A DNA stretch of 43,099 bases from Chthoniobacteraceae bacterium. Its GTDB lineage: Bacteria > Verrucomicrobiota > Verrucomicrobiia > Chthoniobacterales > Chthoniobacteraceae. This document shows positions 18,860-27,692 of this stretch, piece by piece (position 1 is the first letter of the stretch; every line of letters begins with the position of its first letter). Both the position numbers and the translations under genes were made by a program. Location of the stretch: assembly GCA_031409655.1 (NCBI GenBank), contig JANNXQ010000133.1, positions 1-43,099 of the forward strand, written 5' to 3'. The notes beneath the pieces were generated by a model. It saw only the letters and a list, made by a program, of their open reading frames with translations. It was not told the origin of the DNA and did no database searches.

Positions 18860-19597
18860 TTATTGGGCCAGTTCCACAGTTTGAAGCGGCGCGGGCGCTG
18901 AACCTATCATGGTCAGGAAACGGATACATTCGCACCGCGCGGCGCTCAGAAATTCAGTTCGGGTACCGCCCAAAGATCGCAAGGCATTCCCGTGGTCGCA
19001 CCAGACCACCACCAAGGCCGCGAGAAACAGCGCCTGGAACTGAATCCCCCATGCCGCGCGTTCCATCGGCAGCCAGCACGCCTGCCATGCGGCGAAGCGT
19101 TCGGCATGGAAATTCACATGGGCGCGCTCATCACGCAGGATCAGGCAGCACACCTGTTCCAGCACCTCGTCGCGAAATCTGGCGCGGAGCACCTCGTAGT
19201 ACGCCGTCCCGACCAACTCCGCGATGACCAGAATCTGGAGTTCCACACGCAAGCCAAAGGAACGCCGGAACAACCGGAAGAGCGCGTGCGTCCAATGCCT
19301 TGCGATGAGGCACCCGCCAAAACGCTCCACGAGACCCGAGAGGAGTCGCGCATGCTCCTGCTCTTCGCGAACAAAGAGGGCCAGCGCTTCGCCGTAAGCC
19401 AGGTCGCCCGGGCAAGCGCGGCGTGCTGCGCTGAGCAAGACTGTTCCTTCCCCACTTTCACCGAGTTGAAAGTGGGAAAGGGAACGCGCGAGTCCGTCTG
19501 CGATGGCGGGGTCTCCCACGAACGGCAGTTCCCATCGTGGTTCCGGACGCTCGATTCGATTCTGTCGAAAGTAGCTGAGCCAGTGTTGCGAGTTCAT
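18860..19597 (-). CDS. Ferritin-like (diiron four-helix bundle) domain protein
   Basis: FQLGE...EEQEH...AE...YY...DERAH gives an E..ExxH..E..ExxH ligand pattern. Start overlaps the ispH stop (ATGA). Confidence 0.75.
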   Translation of the reverse strand: MNSQHWLSYFRQNRIERPEPRWELPFVGDPAIADGLARSLSHFQLGESGEGTVLLSAARRACPGDLAYGEALALFVREEQEHARLLSGLVERFGGCLIARHWTHALFRLFRRSFGLRVELQILVIAELVGTAYYEVLRARFRDEVLEQVCCLILRDERAHVNFHAERFAAWQACWLPMERAAWGIQFQALFLAALVVVWCDHGNALRSLGGTRTEFLSAARCECIRFLTMIGSAPAPLQTVELAQ

Positions 19598-20469
19598 GTC
19601 AGTGAGCTGTCGGGTTGGAGTTGGAGGTTGAGCGCGATCTGTTGGAGGCGTGCCTGCACGGCGGCGACGGTTTCCTTGAGCGTCGAGGTGCCGGCCGTGA
19701 GGCCGACGATTTGCGCTTCGTCAAACCACTCGGCGCGCAACTCATCCGCGCGCTCGATGTGGAAGACATTGAGCCCGGCGACCGTCGCGGCGGCGGCGAG
19801 TTGCAGGGTGTTGTTGCTGTTCCGCCCTCCGACCACGACCATCGTGTCACATTCAGCGAGCAGCTTCTTCAGCGCGCTCTGGCGGTTCTTTGTTGGCTGG
19901 CAGACGGTGTCGGTGAAACGGACTTCGCTCTCGGGCCGGGCGGCTCGGATGGCCGCGACGAGGGCATGCACGTGTTCGATCGGCTGCGTGGTCTGCGAGA
20001 TCACGCCGTAGCGTTCACGCACGGGGAGCGCGCCGATGTCGGCGGTGTTTTCGATCACTTCCGCATTGGGAAAGTCGCCGATCAATCCTGCCACTTCGAC
20101 GTGGCCGCGTTTGCCGATGACGATGGGGCTGTAGCCGAGTTGCACGAGCACGCGCAATTGATCGTGAGCATGACGGACGAGCGGACAGGTGCCGTCCGCG
20201 ACTCCGAATCCGGCCTGCCGCCAAGCGGCGCGCGCGGCATCGGACGCACCGTGGGCGGTGATCATGACCTGCGGCGTGCCAGCACTGGCTGGGTCGGTGA
20301 GGGAACCCTCGCGCACGCCACGCCCAGTGAGACGGTCGCGGACGATGGGGTTGTGGACGAGTTCGCCGAGGACGGTGAGCGGGCCGCGGGCGGCGAGTTG
20401 TTCGGCTTGGGCGATGGCGTCGCGGACGCCGAAGCAAAGGCCGTAGTGTTCAGCGAGGATGATTTTCAT
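19594..20469 (-). CDS. ispH: 4-hydroxy-3-methylbut-2-enyl diphosphate reductase
   Basis: Three cluster Cys (GLCFGV, DGTCPLV, DTVCQPT), VHN, AHG, HVEV, SQTT, NSNNT and TAGTST. Start at ATG 20469. Confidence 0.93.
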   Translation of the reverse strand: MKIILAEHYGLCFGVRDAIAQAEQLAARGPLTVLGELVHNPIVRDRLTGRGVREGSLTDPASAGTPQVMITAHGASDAARAAWRQAGFGVADGTCPLVRHAHDQLRVLVQLGYSPIVIGKRGHVEVAGLIGDFPNAEVIENTADIGALPVRERYGVISQTTQPIEHVHALVAAIRAARPESEVRFTDTVCQPTKNRQSALKKLLAECDTMVVVGGRNSNNTLQLAAAATVAGLNVFHIERADELRAEWFDEAQIVGLTAGTSTLKETVAAVQARLQQIALNLQLQPDSSLT

Positions 20470-20487
20470 ATCAGGGTTTCTTTCATT

Positions 20488-20504
20488 ACTTTGTTTGGCA
20501 AAGC
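20488..20504. promoter_or_regulatory. Putative operator ACTTTG-N5-CAAAG upstream of ispH
   Basis: ACTTTGTTTGGCAAAGC, 18 nt before the ispH ATG; same palindrome as the two copies at 21448-21484. Confidence 0.7.
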
Positions 20505-20521
20505 TATAAGGCAAAAACAAA

Positions 20522-20818
20522 TCACTGGCGGGCCGCTTTCACGATCTGCTCGAGCACGGCGAGGTAATCCTGAAAAGCCTTCCGGCCCTTCGCGGTCAGC
20601 GCATAGCTCGTTTGTGGGCGGTCGAGCATTTCCTTCGTTACGGAGACGAGACCAGCGTCGTGCAAGGTGCGCAGATGGGTGACGAGGTTGCCGTCGCTCA
20701 TCGCCAGTTCACTTTTCAGATCTTGAAAGGGCCAGCTCGGCCGGGTGGCGAGGAGCGTCATGATGCCGAGGCGGCCTTTCTCATGGATGGTCTTGTCGAG
20801 TTTCTCGAAGTCGAACAT
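20522..20818 (-). CDS. Small winged-helix transcriptional regulator (MarR/ArsR-like, HTH_34 type)
   Basis: LDKTIHEKGRLGIMTLL...FQDLKSELAMSDGNLVTHLRTL...RPQTSYALTAKGRKAFQDYLAVLE. Start at ATG 20818. Confidence 0.88.
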   Translation of the reverse strand: MFDFEKLDKTIHEKGRLGIMTLLATRPSWPFQDLKSELAMSDGNLVTHLRTLHDAGLVSVTKEMLDRPQTSYALTAKGRKAFQDYLAVLEQIVKAARQ

Positions 20819-20822
20819 CGGG

Positions 20823-21440
20823 TCAGGCCGCTGACTTCCGCGGCCACACGCACGCGGCGTAGATGAGGTGAAAGAGGCCGAACGTGCTACCCATGATCCA
20901 AAATGCATCCGCATTTTCATCCACTTGCCCCACGGAATCTAAAAAGGGTGGACCGCAGATGAGGAGCAAGGCGCCTGACGTGAAGAACGCACGACCGAGC
21001 CAGCAGATGGACTTGGGTGCAAAATGCGACGCAGCGAGCAGGCTTACGCCATAGAACAGAACCCAAAGTGAAGCCAGGAGCCGCTGACCGATCACCCCGG
21101 AAACAAAGGTGCAAAGGCCGCCGCCTAGCAACGCGGGTAGCATCGCTCGCAAGGCTAGCCGCATTCCAGGTGAGACAAACGGTTCGCGTCGACGGGCCGC
21201 ATCGCGCCAAAGCCGGACAAAGTTGATCACGCCGGTGATAGCGAGGACGAAGCCCCACGACGCGACGAATGGGAAAGTCACGGGCGGCTCGGAGTTGGAA
21301 AGAGCGACGATCGTCACGAGCACAGAACAAAGGCCGCCAACCCAGGCGCCAGTCACGGACACCGCGCGATAGACGGTGGCCTTTTCCATGAGGGAACGGA
21401 TGACGCGGAGGTTTTCCTCGGCTTCGGCGCGGATGGACAT
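20823..21440 (-). CDS. Multi-pass membrane protein of unknown function
   Basis: N-terminal AEENLRVIRSLMEKA followed by about six hydrophobic segments, ending FGLFHLIYA; stop is 4 nt before the regulator start. Confidence 0.75.
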   Translation of the reverse strand: MSIRAEAEENLRVIRSLMEKATVYRAVSVTGAWVGGLCSVLVTIVALSNSEPPVTFPFVASWGFVLAITGVINFVRLWRDAARRREPFVSPGMRLALRAMLPALLGGGLCTFVSGVIGQRLLASLWVLFYGVSLLAASHFAPKSICWLGRAFFTSGALLLICGPPFLDSVGQVDENADAFWIMGSTFGLFHLIYAACVWPRKSAA

Positions 21441-21447
21441 GGGTGCG

Positions 21448-21484
21448 ACTTTGCGTGACAAAGCCTTACTTTGCAAGACAAAGT
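21448..21484. promoter_or_regulatory. Tandem palindromic operators ACTTTG-N5-CAAAG, 20 bp apart
   Basis: ACTTTGCGTGACAAAG (21448-21463) and ACTTTGCAAGACAAAGT (21468-21484), 7 nt upstream of the operon's first ATG. Confidence 0.75.
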
Positions 21485-21536
21485 TTCGCGAGCGTACACG
21501 GATTTCGATAACTTGGGCGTGAGGCCATGCGTGAGA

Positions 21537-21647
21537 AAAGCGGCGCGGGGACGCGCCGCACTCCAAAGCGGCTGCGCCACAAAACGGGACGCACGGTTAG
21601 TTTTGCGCGGAGCGCTTTGGAGTGCGCGCGCGTCCTCGCGCCGCTTT
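21537..21647. repeat. REP-like inverted doublet (TTTGGAGTGCG... type)
   Basis: AAAGCGGCGCGGGGACGCGCCGCACTCCAAAGCG (21537-21570) matches the reverse complement of 21613-21647 apart from one mismatch and one indel. Confidence 0.85.
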
Positions 21648-21677
21648 CCTGACGCGACGCCGAACCAGACCACACCG

Positions 21678-23159
21678 TCAACCGCCCAGACGGCGCCTGG
21701 GTTTGTCCGCCTTTTTGTTCGAGGGTTTCCGCGGACCGGTCGGTGGGCGTCCGCCGGTCTCGGGGTGGCGGCCAAATTTCTGCCCGCGCGTGTCGTTGGC
21801 TTTGTCGCGCGGGGTGCGGGCGCGGAGGTGAAAGAGGAGCGGCGAACCCGTATAGGGCGTGTGCTCACGCAGCTTGGATTCGAGGTAACGGCGGTAGCCG
21901 TCGTCGAGGAGCTTTTCGTCGTTCACGAAGAGGACAAGCTTGGGGACGTTGAAGCTCGTCGAGCTGACGCTATCAGGCTGCGTCACGAAGAGGATCTTGA
22001 GCCGCTTGCCACCGTGCGAAGCGGGCGGTTGCGCGGCCACGGCAGCGGCAAAGACGCGATTCAGGACGCCGGTGCCGACGCGCGTCTGCGCTTCCTTTTG
22101 CACACGTTCGATCGTTTTGAAGAGGCGCCCGAGTTCCGCGCCGGTCTTGGCAGAGCAGAGCAGGAGCGGCGCGTAATCGAGGAAGAACAACTCGGCACGC
22201 AGGCCTTCGAGCACTTTGTTGAGTTCCTCTTTGCTGTCGGTTTGTTCCTTGATGAGGTCCCATTTATTCACCGCCACGACACACGGTTTGTGCCCTTCCT
22301 GAATCATCCCGGCGATCTTCTTGTCCTGCGCGGTGACGCCCATGGTGGCATCGATCACGAGCACGCAAAGGTCCGCGCGGGTGATGCTGTTTTCGCTGCG
22401 TTTGACGCTGAAGAATTCGACAGAGTTATCCACTTTCCCCCGCGGCCGAATGCCCGCGGTGTCGATGAGCACATAGTGATGGCCGTGGCGCTCGTAGGGA
22501 ATATCGATGGCATCGCGGGTGGTCCCGCTGATCGGACTGACGAGGGTGCGGGAGTCGCCGAGGATGGCGTTGGTGAGCGAAGATTTCCCGACATTGGGCC
22601 GCCCGACGATGGCGATCTTGATCGGCGGCGCGCTGGCTTCCGCATTCTCGCTCTCGTCGTCCGCGGGCAATCGCGCCTCGATCTGCGCGACGAGGCCATC
22701 CGTGCCGCGGCCATGCTCGGCGCTGACGAGGACGGGATACGGAAAGCCGAGCCGGGCGAAGTCCCCGGCGTTCGGGACATGCTTGTCGTCATCGATTTTG
22801 TTGATCACGAGGATGAGCGGCTTGTCGGTCCGGCGCAGGCGGCGGGCGAGTTCCTGATCGACGGGCGTGAGGCCCGCGTGGCCATCGACGACGAAGAGCA
22901 GAACGTCGCAGGAGGCGAGGGCGATCTCCACTTCGAGATGCACCTGCTCAGTGAAGTTGATGTCCACATTTCCGCCAATGCCCCCGGTGTCGATGATCGA
23001 GAATGGCGAACGCCCGAGCTTGCACTTTGCCACGATGCGATCGCGGGTCACGCCTGGCTGATCGTGGACGATGGAGATGCGGCGTCCGGCGAGCCGGTTG
23101 AAGAGTGCGGACTTCCCGACATTCGGGCGTCCGACGATGGCGACAGTGCGTTCGGGCAT
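21678..23159 (-). CDS. der: Ribosome biogenesis GTPase Der (EngA)
   Basis: Two GRPNVGKS G1 motifs, GVTRD and GTTRD, DTGG and DTAG, NKID and NKWD. Start at ATG 23159. Confidence 0.96.
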   Translation of the reverse strand: MPERTVAIVGRPNVGKSALFNRLAGRRISIVHDQPGVTRDRIVAKCKLGRSPFSIIDTGGIGGNVDINFTEQVHLEVEIALASCDVLLFVVDGHAGLTPVDQELARRLRRTDKPLILVINKIDDDKHVPNAGDFARLGFPYPVLVSAEHGRGTDGLVAQIEARLPADDESENAEASAPPIKIAIVGRPNVGKSSLTNAILGDSRTLVSPISGTTRDAIDIPYERHGHHYVLIDTAGIRPRGKVDNSVEFFSVKRSENSITRADLCVLVIDATMGVTAQDKKIAGMIQEGHKPCVVAVNKWDLIKEQTDSKEELNKVLEGLRAELFFLDYAPLLLCSAKTGAELGRLFKTIERVQKEAQTRVGTGVLNRVFAAAVAAQPPASHGGKRLKILFVTQPDSVSSTSFNVPKLVLFVNDEKLLDDGYRRYLESKLREHTPYTGSPLLFHLRARTPRDKANDTRGQKFGRHPETGGRPPTGPRKPSNKKADKPRRRLGG

Positions 23160-23168
23160 GGGTGGAAA

Positions 23169-23283
23169 AGTGGAGAGTTGAGAGTTGAGAGACGCCTTGG
23201 CGGGTCTGAGGGCGCGCACCTTCTGACGAGTGGCGTGCGGCGCACACTTGCGGCTCTCAACCCTCAACTATCAACTCTCAACT
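23169..23283. repeat. Inverted pair of heptamer arrays (AGTTGAG)n...(CTCTCAA)n
   Basis: Arms at 23169-23191 and 23254-23283 fill almost all of the pgsA-der gap. Confidence 0.85.
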
Positions 23284-23287
23284 TCCC

Positions 23288-23926
23288 CTATATCTCATTC
23301 CATGACTTCGGATCGCCGTGGCCTTTGGCATGGAGCTGCTGGATGCCATCCATCACGTAGCCAAAGCCAGAGACGAGGGTGAAGAGGCCAGCGAGATAGA
23401 CAGGAAGGTCGAGAAAATCAACGCGGACAGTGGCGCCGGCGACGGAATAGGTGCGGGTGAAAAAATTGAGCTGCAGCATGCACAGGCCGATCGCGAGCAT
23501 TTGCAGGAAAGTGGCGGTCTTGCCGGTCCAGCTTGATTTCACCCGCACCGTGCCGTTCATAAAATGCAGGACGAAGGCACCGACTACGATGACAATGTCC
23601 CGCGCGATGACGAGGACGGGGAACCAGACGGGAAACTCGTATGCCCAGTTGCTGAAGCTGAGGGTGATGATCGCGGCGAGGAGCAGGCCTTTGTCGGCGA
23701 GTGGATCGAGGACGATGCCGAGCCGGCTCTTTTGATTGTAGCGGCGCGCGATGTAGCCATCGATGCCATCACTTGCGGCGGCGATGATAAAGACGGCGAT
23801 GGCACCCCAGCGCTGCCAGTCGAGCGGCGCGCCACGCTGCACGCCGCGCCCGTAGTAGATCGCCATCATGACGAAGATCGGGATCATCAGGATGCGGGCG
23901 ATGGTGATCTTGTTGGCCGTGGTCAT
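23288..23926 (-). CDS. pgsA: CDP-alcohol phosphatidyltransferase (PgsA-like)
   Basis: ANKITIARI and SDGIDGYIARRYNQKSRLGIVLDPLADK signature. Confidence 0.85.
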   Translation of the reverse strand: MTTANKITIARILMIPIFVMMAIYYGRGVQRGAPLDWQRWGAIAVFIIAAASDGIDGYIARRYNQKSRLGIVLDPLADKGLLLAAIITLSFSNWAYEFPVWFPVLVIARDIVIVVGAFVLHFMNGTVRVKSSWTGKTATFLQMLAIGLCMLQLNFFTRTYSVAGATVRVDFLDLPVYLAGLFTLVSGFGYVMDGIQQLHAKGHGDPKSWNEI

Positions 23927-24000
23927 CAGGGAGCGACCAGGAGCAAACGGGAATTGTGACTGGAAGGCAATGGGCCCTTCGTCCATCTATCCAAGCCACG

Positions 24001-25875
24001 ATGGGCCTTCTCTCCCGCTTTCAAAAGCCGCCTTCCGCCTCCGGCTCCGATCCGGCGCGAGGAGAAACGTGGCGTAAATCCGACTTTCAGGCGGTCGCGG
24101 CGGGGGACGATCTGCACCTCGTCTGCACCCGTGGCGGCACGCCTTTCGCGGTGCCTTCCTTCGCGGTCGATTTTCTCTTTGGATGCCGCAAGTTTTTGCC
24201 GCTGGAGGAACACGTCACCGAACACGCCGCGCGGCATCATTGGGGCCGACTCCAACTCGACTCCCTGCGGAGCTGGTTCCCCCGGCTGATCGAGGCAGGC
24301 GCGCTCATTTCCTCCCGGCAAATGCATAAACGCTGCGCAGCGATGACGAGCACCGCGAGCAGCACGGCGCAAATCGCAGCGGTGGGATTCCCGACGGGCG
24401 GCAACCGGACGGCCCTGCTCGGGCGCGCGCTGGAGAGCTTTGCGGAAAATTTCCGTGAACACGGCCGCACGGCGGATCTCCTGATCTCCGATGGCTCCGC
24501 GAATCCGGAGCACCGCGGCGCCTTCCGAGCGCTGGCCAGGACGATCGCGAGCCGCGTGCTCTATGCGGGTGAGGAGGAGAAGCGACGCTACCTCGCGGCG
24601 CTCGCAAAGCGGAGCGGCTGCGACCCGGCGATCATTGAGTTTGCGCTCTTCGATCCGCTGGGGACGGGCTTCGCCTGCGGTGCAAATCGCAATGCGGTCG
24701 TGCTCCACGGCGCTGGCCAGATGTGCAGTAGCGTGGATGACGATGTGATCTGCAAGCTGACGAAAGCGCCGGCTTCCCCAGCGCGGCTCTCCCTGTTCTC
24801 GGGATGCGATCCTTTCACCCGCCACTTGTTTCCGGATCGCGAGAGCGCCTTCGCGGCGGCGGATTTTGTCACTCTGGATTACCTCGCGACCCACGAGGCG
24901 ATGCTCGGGCGCGACCTTGGCGCGCTTTTCGATGCCGGGCTCGAGGCGACGGCGCTCGATCTGGAGAAAGTCGGCGATGAACTCCTGCACCGTCTCGAAT
25001 CTGGACCTGCGCGCGTCCGGACGACCTTCACCGGACACGTCGGTGACCCGGGCATTCCGACCTCGCTCTACTACCTCCACTTTGCGGCGGAGAATCGCGA
25101 GCGACTGCCGCACGACGCCGCGGAGTACCGCTCCCTTTTTGGCAGCCGCAGCGTGCTCTCGCAGGTGGCCAATGCCGCGATCGGCGACGCCAGCGTGAGC
25201 CCCGGCATGGCCATGGGGCTCGATACGCGGACGCTGCTGCCACCTTTTTTCCCGGTGCTGCACGCGGAAGATTTCGTCTTCGGCGCCACGGTCTGGCAGT
25301 GTTGCCCACACTCCGTTTCGGGGCATCTGCCTACGGCGATCGTCCACGATCCCGGTGCCGGAAAGCCGATCCTCCAATTGTCCGACCTCGGTCCGGAGCG
25401 TCGGCTCGTGATTCCCGAATTCGCGCACCTCATCCGGCGGATCATCCTCCTGCACGCACTGCCCGCCACCGCGGACGCGGCCACGCGCACCATCGCGCTC
25501 GGGCGTTACCTTTCGCAATTCGGAGCGATGCCTGCGCGTGATTTCACGCACTACCTGCGCGAAGTGGTGCTCCATCACGAGAGCGAGAAGATCGAGTGGC
25601 TCGCCGGAGAAGTGCGCGAAAACACCGAGGCCAGCGAGCACTGGCGCAGCGACGTGGAGGCCTATCTGGAGCACACCCGCCAGGCCATCACCCACGAAGA
25701 CTTCGACATTCCCTTCGACCTGAAGACGGGACGCTCATCGGCAGAGAATCGCGTCTTCATGCAGCGGCTCTTCGCGGAATTCGGACGGCTGCTCGAGCAG
25801 TGGCCGGGAATCTTCGAGGCCGCCCGCACGATGAATGAGCGCGGCGAGGAGCCACTGTTTTCCGAGCTGGCCTAG
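24001..25875 (+). CDS. Hypothetical 624-aa protein, possible GT-A-like fold
   Basis: Long ORF with protein-like composition filling the gap between pgsA and the barrel gene; PTGGNRTALLGRALESF, LLISDGS, GANRNA, SVDDD and AED motifs. Confidence 0.7.
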   Translation: MGLLSRFQKPPSASGSDPARGETWRKSDFQAVAAGDDLHLVCTRGGTPFAVPSFAVDFLFGCRKFLPLEEHVTEHAARHHWGRLQLDSLRSWFPRLIEAGALISSRQMHKRCAAMTSTASSTAQIAAVGFPTGGNRTALLGRALESFAENFREHGRTADLLISDGSANPEHRGAFRALARTIASRVLYAGEEEKRRYLAALAKRSGCDPAIIEFALFDPLGTGFACGANRNAVVLHGAGQMCSSVDDDVICKLTKAPASPARLSLFSGCDPFTRHLFPDRESAFAAADFVTLDYLATHEAMLGRDLGALFDAGLEATALDLEKVGDELLHRLESGPARVRTTFTGHVGDPGIPTSLYYLHFAAENRERLPHDAAEYRSLFGSRSVLSQVANAAIGDASVSPGMAMGLDTRTLLPPFFPVLHAEDFVFGATVWQCCPHSVSGHLPTAIVHDPGAGKPILQLSDLGPERRLVIPEFAHLIRRIILLHALPATADAATRTIALGRYLSQFGAMPARDFTHYLREVVLHHESEKIEWLAGEVRENTEASEHWRSDVEAYLEHTRQAITHEDFDIPFDLKTGRSSAENRVFMQRLFAEFGRLLEQWPGIFEAARTMNERGEEPLFSELA

Positions 25876-26753
25876 AACTGCTTTGTCACTCCGAGCGACG
25901 CCCCGAAGCTTTGGTAGCTCGAGCGATCCGCCGTGGAGTCCGTGTCCACCAGGCTCGTCGTCGCGCTGCCAAACCACCCTTCGGCAAACTGATAGATGAG
26001 ACTACCGCCGACGATGTGGCGGGAGTCCGTGCGGTCGATGTCGAATTCGGAATACTGCCAGGAGTAGTAGATCTGGCCGGTCAGTTGCGCATTGAAGGCG
26101 TGCGCCAGACCCAGCACGACGCTGTGCTGCGTGCGGTCGTCGATGCTCGGGTCGGCAAAAAAAGCGGTGAACGTATAACCCAAGAAAAAGAGCGAACGTC
26201 CGCTATTGAAAGCCGCACCCCAATCCGTGCCAACATTGAGGCCGAGAGCTTGGGTTATACGATCCCCGGTATCGTAGCTCACGTAGCGATACGGCTCCGC
26301 GCCCACGTAGATCCGCGGGAGATGCGCCGCCGGGCGGTAGTCGAGCGTGGCCATGGCGCTGTAGCCGTAGAAGCTCCGCTCGTCATTGCGGGCGTAGAGC
26401 GCCGTCTCCAGCTTGCCGGAAATATCAAAGCGGAAGTGCTCCCCGAGCTCCGTGCTGTAGCCCACGTCGATCGTCGGGAGGAAGACGAAGTCATGGCTGT
26501 CGTGATTACCGGTGAGTTTTGCGTTCGTCGTGAATTGCTCCCGCGCGGTGACGCCCACCCGGAACTTTGAACGGGTGAAACCGGCGGATCCCTGGTCGGC
26601 ATCGATCTCGCCGATGTCTTCGATTTCGGCGGCGCTCTGGCGCACCTCGCGGGCCGTGGAGCGGTGGCTGTAAACGCGAGCATCCTGCGCGAAAACCGAA
26701 CTGCTCAGGAGCGCCGCAGCGAAGAGTCCGAGAGTGATGGGCCGGAGGGTCAT
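25872..26753 (-). CDS. Outer-membrane beta-barrel protein
   Basis: Signal peptide (MTLRPITLGLFAAALLSSSVFAQ), alternating aromatic-rich strands and C-terminal SLGVTKQF. Start at ATG 26753, 1 nt after the FecR-gene stop. Confidence 0.75.
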   Translation of the reverse strand: MTLRPITLGLFAAALLSSSVFAQDARVYSHRSTAREVRQSAAEIEDIGEIDADQGSAGFTRSKFRVGVTAREQFTTNAKLTGNHDSHDFVFLPTIDVGYSTELGEHFRFDISGKLETALYARNDERSFYGYSAMATLDYRPAAHLPRIYVGAEPYRYVSYDTGDRITQALGLNVGTDWGAAFNSGRSLFFLGYTFTAFFADPSIDDRTQHSVVLGLAHAFNAQLTGQIYYSWQYSEFDIDRTDSRHIVGGSLIYQFAEGWFGSATTSLVDTDSTADRSSYQSFGASLGVTKQF

Positions 26754-26754
26754 C

Positions 26755-27588
26755 TCAGTAGGTGCTCGGCGGGCCACCGGGTTTCGCCGGAGTATTATCT
26801 GGCGGCGGGACGAAGACCGGTTCGTCCGGCTTGTTCGCCGGTCCGAGGACCTGTGGATCGAAGAGATCCCGCGCCCCCGGGTGATTGCCAGTGCGATCGA
26901 AGGTATCGAACGGCGAGATATCCGGCTTCCACGTCGCGCCCCGATCGAAGATGCGCTGGCCCAGATTCGGCAGCGGCCCATTGAAATCCATCAGCTTGCC
27001 GTCCTGCTCCTTGGTCGGATCGTAGAAATCGACGGTGATCTTCCCGTCGGGATTGAAGCGAGCAAATTGCCCGGCGCTGACCGTCTGACCGGAGGGCTTG
27101 AGGATGATGACCCCTTCGATGACCGCGATATAGTTTTGCGAAACCTTGCCGATGGTGCCGGTGATCGCGGCGGTGAGCGAAGGCGTCTTGATATTCGCGC
27201 CACCGGAACCCTTGGGCACGTAGAAGATCATGCTCCCTTTGTTCAGCGAAAGCGTGCGAGTGATGGCCTCAAAGGAAAAGATGGTGTTCTGCCCGATGCG
27301 CACGAGCGAACCGTCCTCATACTTCAGCTCCGCGCGAGAGTCGGTCTCGGTCTGGAGGAAATTGCTGGCGCGCACGATGTCGTTCACCGCCGCGGGACGA
27401 AGTTCGCTGCGGTCGTCCTTCACCGCGCCGTAGCTCACTTTGTTCTGCGTCCGCGTCACCGTCGCCTCGCGGTAGGGCGTGGCGGCACGGGCAGCGAGGA
27501 GCGAAACTACAGACACTGCCGCGAGCGCGAGCAGCGCGCCGGGACGGGCGGGAAAAAGGAGAAATCCTTTGGCGAACACGAACGGCAT
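26755..27588 (-). CDS. Exported FecR-domain protein
   Basis: Hydrophobic N-terminus; QTETDSRAELKYEDGSLVRIGQNT...LNKGSM...IKTPSLTAAITGT FecR pattern. Confidence 0.8.
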   Translation of the reverse strand: MPFVFAKGFLLFPARPGALLALAAVSVVSLLAARAATPYREATVTRTQNKVSYGAVKDDRSELRPAAVNDIVRASNFLQTETDSRAELKYEDGSLVRIGQNTIFSFEAITRTLSLNKGSMIFYVPKGSGGANIKTPSLTAAITGTIGKVSQNYIAVIEGVIILKPSGQTVSAGQFARFNPDGKITVDFYDPTKEQDGKLMDFNGPLPNLGQRIFDRGATWKPDISPFDTFDRTGNHPGARDLFDPQVLGPANKPDEPVFVPPPDNTPAKPGGPPSTY

Positions 27589-27692
27589 CTTCAATTTTGA
27601 CTCTCCCGCGTCAAGACCCTTTCCAGCAAAGGATTGCCGGGCGTCTGGGCGCATGCTGGATGTTTTCGCCGAGCCTGCTACGCACTTGCCTG

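Noticed and set aside
25872..25875. Convergent genes sharing overlapping stop codons (CTAG)
   Set aside because: A common compact arrangement with no special significance.
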